Shown here piece by piece: positions 52,501 through 64,000 of a stretch of DNA of 64,000 nucleotides. The notes below the pieces were generated by a model that ran no database searches, was not told the DNA's origin, and was given only the letters and a program-made list of their open reading frames with translations. The DNA lies in the NCBI GenBank assembly GCA_964304625.1, contig OZ199839.1, positions 11,636,578 to 11,700,577 of the forward strand. The letters are read 5' to 3'. Each line of letters opens with the position of its first letter. The stretch's first letter is position 1. Origin of the DNA: Kudoa neothunni. Its lineage: Eukaryota; Animalia; Cnidaria. A program made the position numbers and the translations under genes.

Positions 52501-55500
52501 TTATTAGCAAAAAATTTAAAAAAAATTAAATATTATATAAGGATTAGAATTTGTTTTTCATTGTTTATTTATTATTTAGAATACTTAAATAGGAAGTTTC
52601 ATTATTTCGATTAATTAGTCTTATGAGTACTACTAAATAATGGATATAATGTGGAAGTTTATAAACAAAAATTAAATTAAAGATGTAATTTACATTTATA
52701 ATGGGTTTGTAATTCAAATTTGACAAATAATATATTTTCTATACATAATAATTAATAATACATATGTACAATCCCTGTTATTTTTATGTTTATTATAAAA
52801 TAAAATTACGAGGGATAGAAACAATTTTTTAAAAAACTGCATTCGATGATATAATCTTATATAACTGATTACCACCTTTCTGAAAGTTAGCTAATATTCA
52901 CCAACAAATTTAGTAATTGTGTAAACTATTAAAGCAAATAATTCGATTTTTAATGTTACAAATTTTTTAAAATGATTGTATTAATTTAATCCTAAACTAT
53001 AACATGAGAATTTCAATTACTAAATTTTACATTTTAATCTTCCTTGTAGGTGGCGCGTGACCATGGGGGAGCCGATTGGGCCATTTGTGGACCATGATAA
53101 AAAAATATAAAACGCTTCAAATTTTTATTTAATAACTCAGCTCATCTCTTTGAGTAATTAAACGCAATACATGGATAAATTGGGTTCCAATTTTCAGTTT
53201 TTGTTATTAATCGTGAGCATGTTAAAGTAGGTCAGCTACCTCCAAATTAATAAAATTATGAGCGTTATAGTCTGTGAGAGTATTAAAGACAAAAGTAATC
53301 GTCGAGTTAATCAATTAAAAATTAAAATAAGCTGAAATGGAGTAGGAACATGACCTCGCCCGGACAGTTTTAATGACAAACGTGTTTGTCGCCTTTCAGA
53401 AGGCTCCGAATGGATTAAGTATATTTTGAATGTCTCATTGTTTTTCACAACACTGTATTAGACAGCGATGAAAAATAATTTTTCAGTATCGTGTCGAGTT
53501 ACAAAAATATTTGATTTGACGGTCAAAATATGGATATTTTTTCAAGAAGTTGAAAGGGGTTATTGTTGTTATAAGCATTCTGCGAGTGAATGTATTTATG
53601 ATTATACTAAATGAACTTTCCGACTCACCACTCACCAATTGCGTTGGATACGAGTCATGAGTACTTAAATTACTAAATTAAATTAACACATCGTTTTTTA
53701 GAATACAATAAAAAATTGTCTTCCAACAAGTTCTACACCAATAATAACAAATTTATATAAGAAAACTATTTGAAATATTTGTTACATACGATAACTTACT
53801 TTTGCTTGGGCTGATTCGCATAAATTAATTTACCGAAATTAGAACGAAATAATGTGGACTTGCTATCTTTGATCCATTAATAGAGAAAGCATCTGATATG
53901 ATGTTGTTTTTTTGAATAATCAACATCGTCTTCGTAGGAATCGTCAGATTTTGATATTTTAAAATCAGAATCATCATTGGAATTAAAATTAAGATTATTT
54001 TATAGAAGCTATTCGATATCTCTGCATGCATTATGCATTATTCGCGGTCATGTTGCTTAAGTAATGATTGAATATTATTTTCCAAGAATAAATAACTTAA
54101 AAAAGGATTAAAAAAGTTACGTTTTATTAACATAAAAAGAATGTTAAATTGTTTGTGTACGTATTAATTTTCGTTACCCTCATTTGAGTTTAGCTAGAAA
54201 CAAAGATGCAATTTTTGAGTTAAATAACTTCCACCAGTAAAATCTAATTTAATTATTTAAAAAAAATAATAAAAAGTGATACAATATTACTTTTTTTGAA
54301 AAATAAAACAAATAAATAATCTTTTTCTCATAAAAAAGTGGTATAGTTATTTTTCTTAAATAATTGAAACGAATAAAAATTTGTTTGTTACAGAAGTCAT
54401 CTTATTACCCAGACCCTTCTAGATGAATTAAATGTAGAGATCAAAATCCTTAGGGTCACAGATGACCCCACATTGGACCGGGGGGTTAATTGCAGAATAA
54501 ATAATCTATTTTATTATTAAGTTCGTAAAAATTAATATTTTTAGAGTTAAAATCTTAGCCTGAACTTTTTTGTTGTTAACAACTATAATAATTTAGTTCC
54601 AATAAGCTATAAAATCAACAAAATCCATGTCGATGATAAGGTTCAACTAACAATTCAGCCAGAGATAGATGTTAATCGATTAGATGTCAAACTCGAATAT
54701 TCCACTTTGAAAAAGACTCTTAATAAATATGACGTGAAGGAGACAAGATCAATAGATATAACGCTAAAATGTATCGAAAAAGTTTGCGAATATCTTTTGG
54801 AAAATATTGACAAAAATGAAAACTATTACATTAAAATTTTGCCAGGTTTATTGCAAGAGAAAGAACCTATTCTTATTAAAAGAGGTATTATTTTTCTGTA
54901 TTATTATTAATATAATATACTCAAGAACCAACTGCATTTGAGGTCAAGTATGAATATAACAATGATGGATTATTGGTTGAGTTCACATTGGAGGATGACA
55001 TAGAAGAAATTTTCCTTAAATGGAGTTTACTGGGAAAAGGAGAGAAATCTATAAAAAATTCCAATGATCAAATTAATTTATTACCATGTGAAGCAAAAAA
55101 ATGTTCCATCGAACTTGGCAAGTTGGACCAAGCTGAACAATATAAATTCGCCTTTCAGTCTGATGAACTTCAAGGAGTCAGCGAATTAATAATCGAAAGT
55201 AGATATTTTTTCATTAAATATAAATATTATTATTCGTTAAAAATTGATTAAATAAATTATTTTTTTATTTATATTCACTTTTTCTAGTTAACTGGGAAAT
55301 ACTTTTGACAAAATCAGAAGAATTGGATAAGACAATGGAACTCAATGACGAACCAATAGTATAGTTAATTATGCCGACTTTTCATATGGTATGCATATAT
55401 TAGATTACCGGTAATTTTATAAAAGCTTGGAATAAAATAGTGTATGAAGTAATCGAAACAAGTAACTAAAACCACGTACAATTACAATTATAATAACTTT

Positions 55501-57276
55501 CAATTTAGCACCAATTCAAAATAATTCAACCATTGAAGACAGCCCAAAAAAAGAGAAGGAGGAAGAAACTTCGTAAATAGATCAAAATAATGACATTAAT
55601 ATAATAATTATCTTGTTTGTAGAATCTTCTTAAAACAAATTAACCTTTTGGACAAGAATATCATAAATATTGACGTTACTGAGGAAGTCGATTCGGACAA
55701 TATAAAATTGAAGACAATCACAACACAAGAGGCTTCAAAAACGATATATTTTGCTAAACCAATAGCCGACAATGAAATTAATGACATGTTACAGAATTCA
55801 ACGCTTGCTGTAAACAACGATGAGCCATTGCAATCCACTTATTTGCACATGGAATTTTCAGCTGATGATTCTTCCGCTGAAGCGGACAACCAGAGTAAAA
55901 TTGTGTTGGCCGTAACGAAAAATAAGGAAATTAACAATTCAACACAAACGAGTGATATTATTGCAGGAGATGTGCTAATCATAAAAGTTTCAAATAATCG
56001 GACAAAAAAATTAAATATAACGTTCAGTCAAATTATAAAAACCAATGATAAAAAGAACAATTTTAGATGTTGCACGTTAGATAGTATATTAATACTATTA
56101 ATTATTGTAAATAATAACCATGTTTCCTTATAAAGGTAAAACGTTAGCTTGGGAAACTAAATACTGCTCAATTTTACATGAAGTCCCTATTTCAACATTC
56201 CTCACCAATTACACATGCACTTGCAATCACACAACAAGTTATGCAATCATATACGATATTTTTGACGACGATTCGACAAAAAATATTTATTATCAACATC
56301 AAATATCCCTAATCACAACTGGCATTTCGATGGTATTTTTGTTCCTCACATTTGTGTGCATTTTATCATCTAAGTAAATTTTTTACGGTAAATAGAAATT
56401 GAATGTTAACTGTTTGATTATAGAGTTGTTAAAAAAATAAGAATTTTGGCTCAATTGTGGATGTGTGTGGCTATATTTATATTCCACTTGGCATTTATCT
56501 TGGGAAATGTGTTTAACAAAAAACATCGTTCCTGTTTTTATGTTGCCACCTTTTTACATTATAGCCTTATGAGTCAATACATGGCGTTGTTATTAAATTC
56601 TCTTGTTGTTGTCAAAAACCTTTTATTAACAATGAAAAAAGTAAAGAAAATAATTATGAAAATTATAGCACTACTTTTTCTAAGTGAGTATATTCGTTTA
56701 AACTTAATAATATTTAAATTTTAGTCATTCCTATATTTGTTGCAGCAATTTCTAGCCAATTATTTAGTGCTAATTACGTCATAAAAACAAAGTATTTAAG
56801 TTATATCAATTTTCATTGCAATTTATTTGAATATTTATAGTTGTATTCCACATGGTTGGCTAAAGTTGGTGACAATCACGATTCCTGGAGTGTGTATACT
56901 ATTTTTTAATCTAATGGTATTGTTCCTGGTATTACGCACAATCTACAGGTCCGAAATTACAAATAAGAAAAAATGTTCAATCAATCAACGAGCAAAACAG
57001 TTACTGTTCCTATTCATGATGTTAGGAATGCCGATGCTAATCCAATTTTTATCCTTCTTCATTAAAAGTGAAATAATTATATTGGTTTCCAATTGTTTAA
57101 ACACGTCAATGGGAACATTCTTATTTTTCATCTTTGTTGTTGGAAACAAAGAAATGAGAACTCATATAAAATCAACACTTGGAACAGGATCAAGCCGGAA
57201 GAGGATAATATCAATGAATAGAAGTAAATCCACAACCAAGATGACAACTTTTACATCAAGATATAAAAAACGATAA
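46594..57276 (+). CDS. Adhesion GPCR (class B2): 15 tandem extracellular modules + GAIN/GPS + 7TM (segment C)
   Basis: 15 phase-1 module exons from 46837 to 55198, GAIN exons 55288-56084, GPS CCTLDSKTLAWETKYC..CTCNHTTSYAII, then seven TM helices including TM3 SCFYVATFLHYSLMS, TM5 IPGVCILFFNL, TM6 LFMMLG and TM7 LNTSMGTFLFFIFVV; stop at 57274-57276. Possible own signal exons 46594-46617 + 46721-46745 (MATFISFL/IYLSSKFV/EILS), otherwise spliced from segment B. Confidence 0.9.
49857..50455 (-). mobile_element. piggyBac 3' fragment in a GPCR intron
   Basis: TTAA|CCCT end. The minus strand reads KPKIILYYN...VDTFDQL..YS...RRWPNAVFYNIV and a Cys-rich tail. Confidence 0.7.
53048..54485. mobile_element. 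Composite DNA-transposon relics (hAT-like fragment plus piggyBac terminus) in a GPCR intron
   Basis: Ends ...gggtcacagatgacccc...GGGG|TTAA at 54486-54489. A GC-rich hAT-like terminus lies at ~53048-53095, with decayed coding traces on the minus strand. Confidence 0.4.
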
Positions 57277-58244
57277 ATTCCTGTTAGTTAAAATAATATT
57301 GTTATTTCTCTAGTATAATATTAGTTTTCGTTCTTAGTTAGATTTCATTTCTTTAATTTGCCTTTAAAATAAATCCATATTTGTAAACATTTCATTTTTA
57401 TCATGTCTGTATACCCATTAAAAATCTTAAATTTTTGTCTCAACTAATAATTTGGTCTAAATAAAATACTTAAACGGATGAATTAAAGTTTATAATTTCC
57501 TTAAATTAACAATTTTGTTTATTTTGTAATTTATTGCTACATACGTGCCAGAAAAATACTAACAGAAATAAATAATAAGTTGGTCGCAAGATGGTTCTTA
57601 CGCGTTAGACCAGTGAAGAGAATCTTATTACGCAGAATAGTTGCTGCGATAAAAACAAATTCCTCACTTGAAAACACAGCGGAGTAGTTGGGAACTTTTT
57701 ATCCAAAAATCGAAACTATTGTATTACGATGTATTATTTTATTTTTGTTTGGGAACTTATACAATTACCAATAGTATAATAACCCTCGAATATCTGGCAA
57801 AATAGTTACATGAATTTTTGAAGAGGACCGCTATGGTCCTATGCAATTTATTTGTAGCATATTTATATTCAAATCTATTTAACTATAATGATATATAAAA
57901 CAATCTAATAGCATTGTTATAAGTTATAAAAAATGAAAAAAAAATTGAATTATAAAATTAAAATCAAATTTTTTAGACGCGCGCATTAAAAAAATAAATA
58001 ATTTGAAAATATAAACTTATTATTTTATGATTGTAATTGGCAAAAAACCATTATAATAAAGATATAATCAATAAATTATTTTGTTTATAACTACAAATGA
58101 TAATTTGATACAAAAATACAAAATAAATTAGTATTTTACAACATTAAATTGAATTACATGTCCAATCTATCTATACCATCTCATTATAATGACATTAATT
58201 CTAATCGTTTTGTCTAAAATCTAAATAGGTAAATTACACAAGTA

Positions 58245-60134
58245 CAGTCGAGATTGGATATTACGTGATTCGGTATTGCGTAATTTAAGATTTTCGATAT
58301 GAAGATATTTACATTGGGACTTAATTTTAGAGTTATATCATTACTTTATTTATTAAATTAATAATATAGAATAAAAATAAAAAAATATTTTTTCTATGTG
58401 CCTCTGATTTAGTATTGCGTAAAACCTTTTTATTGCGTAACGTAAATTACCAACGTGACTCGATATTGCGTGATTTCATCTTCGATATGTCCAGGGAGCA
58501 GCGTGAAATTTCTGAGAAAATTAGAATAATACAATATTACAATTCAATAAAATCAATAAAGGGCGCAAAGAAAATGACGGTTGAAAAGTTTAAACTTAGT
58601 GGTATGATTATTTTTAATCGATAACAATTTATTTCTTAAAGGACATTCAACGCTTGACAGAATTATTTCTCATGAAACCAAGCTTAAAAATTCAGATGTT
58701 GCAGGAAATAGGAAGAGGCATTCAATTGGAAGATTTATCAACATAAACGAAGAAGTTTATGAATGGTTTACCAAAAAACACACCAATGGTCACATTTCTG
58801 GTGACGTAATACTTGAAATGGCCACCATAATTGCCAGAAAGAATGAAGTTCAAAATTTTAAAGCAAGCAGGGGTTGGCCAGCTGGGTTTAAAAAAAAAAT
58901 TGGAACCATTTTCAAGCGTTTTCATGGTGAAGCTGCGAGCGCTAACGTCGCGTCTATTGATTCATGGATCTATGAAAATAAAAATTTGATAAGCATATAT
59001 AGCCCATAAAATATAATCAATATTGACGAAACTGGTTTATTTTATGAGCAATTACAGAAAAATAGTTATTTATTAAAAGAAGAAAATGACATTAAAGATA
59101 AAAAGCTATCGAAAAAAAGAATAACGATTTCGGTATCGTGCTCTTTAAGCGGAGAAAAGTTGCCCCTAGTCGTAATTGGGAAATACCAAAACCCCAGGTG
59201 CTTCAAGGGGGTAAAAAATTTACCTTATGAGTATTATGCCCAAAAAAATTCTTGGATGACCTCTGCTATTTTTTTCCAGATAATGAAAAAATTAAATTTT
59301 AAAATGGAATCAGAACAACGAAAAATACTACAAGTGTTTTACAGCCACTCGATCTCGGAGTGATTAATTGTCTCAAAAGTAGATATAAAAAAATATTGTC
59401 TAGCCATATGGCATTATGTGATGATTCGTTAAATAATAAATTTACATTACTTAATGCAATTTTGACACTCCAAGAAGCATGGAACAGTATTCCATCTGAA
59501 ATTATTGTCAACTGTTTTAAAAAGTCGGGCATATTTAGCGAAAGTAAAAGCTAATGCGAACTTCAAAAATCAATCCATTATCATAGAAGATACAGAGACG
59601 GAAACAAATGATAAAATTTTAGAAGATGAATAGAATATAAATATACAATAAAATTTTAATATTTTTATAGTCGAGGAGGAAACATGGGAGATTAACTTTG
59701 ATGATGATAACGGCGATGTCTTAATATCAACAGTGAATCCAATTCAGAATGAAATCGAATCTAATGAGGAAGAACCAAAAGTTCCAATAAAAGATATAAA
59801 GCATGCCGTAAGTACATTAAGGAAGGTGTTTATTCAGGAAGATCCATCTGGACTCATCGATCTTCATCCGACAATTGATCGAATTTTAAAAATATCTCAA
59901 AGATAGCACCAAACTAAAATTACTTCATTTTTTCATAAAAATTAATAATTTTGTCTGGTTGAGTTAAATAAAATTCCTTATATTTATTTTATTTCACTAG
60001 CAATGATTTAAAGTAGGATAAACGCACAAAACAAGTTCAAATCGAATAATTTTACAAGTGCGCTCATGTGCGTGACTCGATATTGCGTAATTTTTCCTTG
60101 GTCCCAAAAATTACGCAATATCGAATCTCGACTG
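58245..60134 (+). mobile_element. pogo/Tigger transposon, internally deleted and non-functional
   Basis: TA-cagtcgagatt.gatatt / aatatcgaatctcgactg-TA TIRs; repeated tattgcgt subterminal motif. Motifs FKASRGW, NIDETGLFY, PLVVIGKYQNPRCFK, NSWMTS, QPLDLGVI. The DN..H/FLPPNT segment is missing and there are stops. Confidence 0.9.
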
Positions 60135-60136
60135 TA

Positions 60137-61759
60137 TTTCAATTTGGAAAATTGCCAGCAGTATAACTTTAAGAAAATTGCTCGAAAGTGCACATGGAAA
60201 AGAAGTTCCATTGTCCTATGACGCAATTTTTAATTCATTAATCATTGTGGAAAACTCAAGACCTGCACTCTGTTGTGACGAATGGACATCAAGGTAAAAT
60301 AAACGTTTCCTTAATATCCAAGCCTATTTCGAGGGGAAAAATCTCTCTTGGTGTAACAGGAGTGACAGAAAGATGCACAGGTGTAGAATTGGCTTGATTA
60401 ATAAATAAACAACTCTGCAAATTTGGAGTCAATTCATTATTTATGTGCATTGACGGAGCTTCGAACATGGAAAAATGTACGTATGAGCTGGAATCTGATG
60501 AATTAGAATTTGATGAGCAGGAGTTTGTTCTTATGTCCAACTTTTTTGATGTTGTTTCTCGGGCCAGGTCAATTATCAATTTTTTTTCAAGATCTGGATT
60601 GGCTACCGACACATTAAGGAAGTCGTGTGAGGAAAAAGGAATACAATATTTATCTCTAAATTCTGATTGTGTCACACGTTTGTCCAGTTTATATCAAATG
60701 TTGATAAAGTTCGTTCAAATGTACCAGGCAATAGAGCATACTTATTCTATTCTGGAAAAGGAATTATCAGTAGACAAGGACGAAATAATTGTCATCAATG
60801 TAATTACTTACATAATATTTTTATGAATGATTTACAATAAAGGAACTAACATCATCTCTTGAAATTGTACATCGAGCTGTTCTTAGATTGTCTGAGTCGG
60901 TTATTAATTTGGCGCAATGTGATTTTATATTGACAGGCGCAATAACTGAACTCACACTTATTGAGGGATCAATTGCATCGAAACTAAAAGAAAACGTCAT
61001 CAAGCGCTGCAAAGAAAGACGGACAATTTGGTCGGATATTTTTTTAAATCTAAGTTTTGATTCAAAAATCTGTGACAAAAGTTTTTTCTACAAAAGACAG
61101 TCACATTTTGAGCTAGAGGAAACGATAAACTTTGTTGAGCCAGTTGATCAAATTGAAAGTGAAGCCCCTGAGTCTAATTTGGACTTAGAAGATTCGATAA
61201 ATTACGTTTCCGAGCCCAAGCGTTTAAAACTTACCGACTCAGATGAAACCCTCAATTTTACATGTCATGACGTGATGATGGATCGCTTAGAAAGAGTTCG
61301 AAAATCCTTTTCTAACATAAGATCCACGAGCATTGATTCCGAAAGATGTTTTTCCTTGTGTAATCACATCATAACCCCACTAAGAACAAGATTGAGCGAT
61401 TCAAAACTCGACATTATCGTGTTTATTTATGAAAACCGAAATAATTAATTTTTGTTTGATTCTAATGATATTTGTTATGATGCATTATGTAGAATTCTAA
61501 CATAAATAGACTATAACCACTTTTAAAAGGAAGGATCTATCATATTTTGAGAATTAAATTTTTTAAAAAGAGAATACAAAATTAATTAAACTGTAAGATA
61601 ATTTTAAACCTTTTTATAAAAGTATGTTTAAGAGTGAATAGTTTATATTTATATTTTCGTATAAATCATTAAATATTTCTTCTAAATAATTTAAAAAAAA
61701 TAACAAAAAATCGAAAACCGATTTTAAAAAAACCGAAAACCGAACCGAATTAAACCTTA
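60137..61759 (+). mobile_element. hAT (Ac/hobo-type) transposon relic
   Basis: CCDEWTS, IDGASNM, DCVTRLSSLYQML and the dimerisation domain STSIDSERCFS..ITPLRTRLSD. Subterminal AACCG repeats at 61716-61746 end in aaacctta. Confidence 0.85.
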
Positions 61760-61947
61760 TTTTTATCCATCTTTGGAGACAACAAGAGGGACATATCTTC
61801 AATGCTCGTATCGCTATCAACATCTTCGTCATTGTTGACTGACTCATTAATTATGTCATCCAAGTCCTCTGAACCACTTTCAATGTATAGTGTATCGTCA
61901 ACACTTTCATAATCGTTTAAAAAAATATGTTTTTTGTCATAATTCAT
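61760..61947 (-). pseudogene. Acidic N-terminus of a probable piggyBac-type transposase truncated by the hAT insertion
   Basis: MNYDKK..ESGSEDLDD..DEDVDSDTSIED is acidic like PGBD N-termini, and the ORF is cut at the hAT end. Confidence 0.35.
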
Positions 61948-62017
61948 TTTTTAAGCAAATTTATTGTTGAGAGATCAAGTTTGTCATAAAATAAATTCAA
62001 TTAAAATTTTTGATTAA

Positions 62018-64000
62018 CCTTTCCGTGCCTAGTGATGCCATATGGCATCATTTTGTTAATTAGCAAATTTCTCCGTTATTACATATTTCTGCAAGACAAA
62101 ATTTGTCATATTATTAGATGAACATCAACGTGATCATTCAAAAATTATGAAAGTGTTAGGTTTTATATTTTCATGTAATAAAATAGATAATAATACTTGC
62201 TGTTGAGATTAGCAAAACTGACCCCTTCGAACGATAACTATAAGACTAAAGAAACAGTTTTACTCAACTGATAAAAATTTATTGTATTAGTGTAATAAAA
62301 TATTTTTAAAAATATAGATTAAAATTGTGGAAAGTTTTAACACTAAGGTTCAAAATGAAAAATAAACAATGATACCATATGGCATCACTCGGCGGGGGCC
62401 GATTACACGTGGGAGAATGATGAAGGATGCTGATTTTATTAAAAAAACAAATTCGGGAGGATGATGAAACTTTTAATAATTCTGTCAGTGATAACGACTT
62501 TTCTGAAAGCGAAAACGATACGGTAACTCCTGACGTTGATCCTAGGTGGATTCTAAATGAATCTTTTGATGGTAAAAACTCAACTGCATCAAAATCTATT
62601 TTTAAGGAAGTTGATGGTGATATTTTTGAACCAATTTATTATTTCAATCAGTTTTTTAACGACGCCCTTTTTGAACTAATTTTAAATGAAACGAATAAAT
62701 ACGCATCAACATTAAATTCGTCGTTTAAAACTACAATTGAGGAAATCCGGCTATTAATTGGTATTCTTATTCGAATGTCTGTCGTAAAACTGCCCCGATA
62801 TAGGAATTATTGGTCAACAAAATTAATTACAACACCATATCCGACAGAATGACGAGGGATAGATTCGATTCGTTATTAAGATATTTACATTTCTGCGACA
62901 ATAACAATATTGTTTTAAATCCTAATAACGATGGTTACGACAGGGTTTTTAAGATAAGACCTGTCCTTGACATAATACGGCAGGCTTGCTTAGTTATCGA
63001 GCCTGAATACCATCAATCCGTTGATGAGCAAATTATTCCCTTTAAGGGGAAATCGGTCTTAAAACGTTATTTACCATTGAAACCTACCAAACGAGGTTTT
63101 AAAGTTTTTACGAGGAATGGTGCCGGTGGAATTATCCATGATTTTTACTTTGAATCTGGAACTACTTTAATGTTACAACATCTACGGGGAATAAGTCATC
63201 GGACATAGTGTTGAAACTTTGAATAGTTCTAAATATCATAAATACTATGATAATTACTTTTCAAGTTTAACTTGCATGCCAAACTTTTGGAGCTTGGTTA
63301 CTTTTCTACCAGCACCATAAGAAAAACTCGCATGACAAAGTGTCCTTTTAAAGCAGAAAAAGAGTTTAAAAATCAACCTAGAGGAAGTTTTGAATATAGA
63401 ATCTATTGTCTAAATAACTCAAAAATAAATGTTGTACGCTGGTTAGATGGATCTATCGTTAATGTATCATCCACTTTTATTCTGCCTTTCCGATGTCTTC
63501 TGTACAAAGGTATGACAAAAAACATAAAAAAGTTCTCAATATCAGTTATCCTCGAATCTTAAAAATGTATAACAAGTACACGGGTGGGGTCGATTTGTTT
63601 GATATGTTGATGGCATTGTATCGATTAGATCATAAGTCATAAAAGTGGTACATCAGAATATTTTTTTGGTGCTTAAATCTCTGCTTACTAAATGGATGGC
63701 TCATTTATCGCAGACAATGTAAACTAATGGATATAGACAGTAAAAAGATTATGGATCTTCAAAACTTTACATTAGAGGTAAGTGAGCACCTAATGTTTTA
63801 CTGCCAAAACATAGAACGTGTGCCAAAAAGGGGTAGACCATCATCCACCGAAGTGACCGTCAACCAAAGTATGCCTAATCGCAAGCGAACGTCCGATGGA
63901 ATGTTTCATTATCCAGAATCTAGAAATGAAAAAAGAGATGCAAGTACTGTTCAATGTATTCTAGGATTTACTGCATAAAATGCAACGTCGCTCTGTGCCT
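62018..64000 (+). mobile_element. piggyBac (PGBD2/3-like) transposon with frameshifted transposase; continues beyond the window
   Basis: TTAA|CCTTT left end; palindromic gatgccatatggcatc repeated inverted at ~62371. Motifs SVDEQIIPFKGKSVLKRYLPLKPTKRGFK, DNYFSS, RWLD, YNKYTGGVDLFD and a C-terminal Cys-rich region. Confidence 0.9.

Larger units (their letters stand above)
48240..54990 (+). repeat. Intragenic tandem duplication of a five-exon block
   Basis: ~48240-51085 aligns with ~51085-54990 over exons and short introns (E3'-A-B-C-D-E5'). Each copy carries a different transposon in its C-D intron. Confidence 0.85.

Noticed and set aside
46837-55198. Regularly spaced repeats resembling a CRISPR-like or cassette-switching array
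   Set aside because: The units are protein-coding exons with GT-AG introns; there are no short identical direct repeats with spacers and no recombination signals.

Overview
Very AT-rich eukaryotic (animal) DNA. Genes have many short GT-AG introns (mostly about 35-60 nt) and are separated by dense transposon debris, so the ORF track shows only single exons. The style fits a compact-intron invertebrate parasite such as a myxozoan or orthonectid, but the taxon cannot be fixed from sequence alone. Reconstructed by hand: (1) three tandem minus-strand paralogs of a claudin/PMP22-like four-TM protein with shared intron positions (1-13.5 kb); (2) a secreted five-Kunitz-domain protein with systematic disulfide loss (21.0-22.4 kb, minus); (3) a 32-kb plus-strand locus (25.25-57.28 kb) of about 34 related ~95-aa beta-sandwich-like modules, nearly all on their own symmetric phase 1-1 exon, ending in a GAIN/GPS + 7TM adhesion GPCR. 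The last 15 modules form an (A-B-C-D-E)x3 super-repeat with conserved exon lengths, a chimeric breakpoint exon and patchy divergence. The locus is either one ~3,900-aa receptor or a receptor plus secreted paralogs/isoforms. Also present: a ~440-nt strand-specific structured RNA/SINE-like element with a putative pseudoknot (45.7-46.2 kb), one intact DD34E IS630-Tc1-mariner element, and decayed, often nested, piggyBac, pogo/Tigger, hAT and Penelope-like elements.
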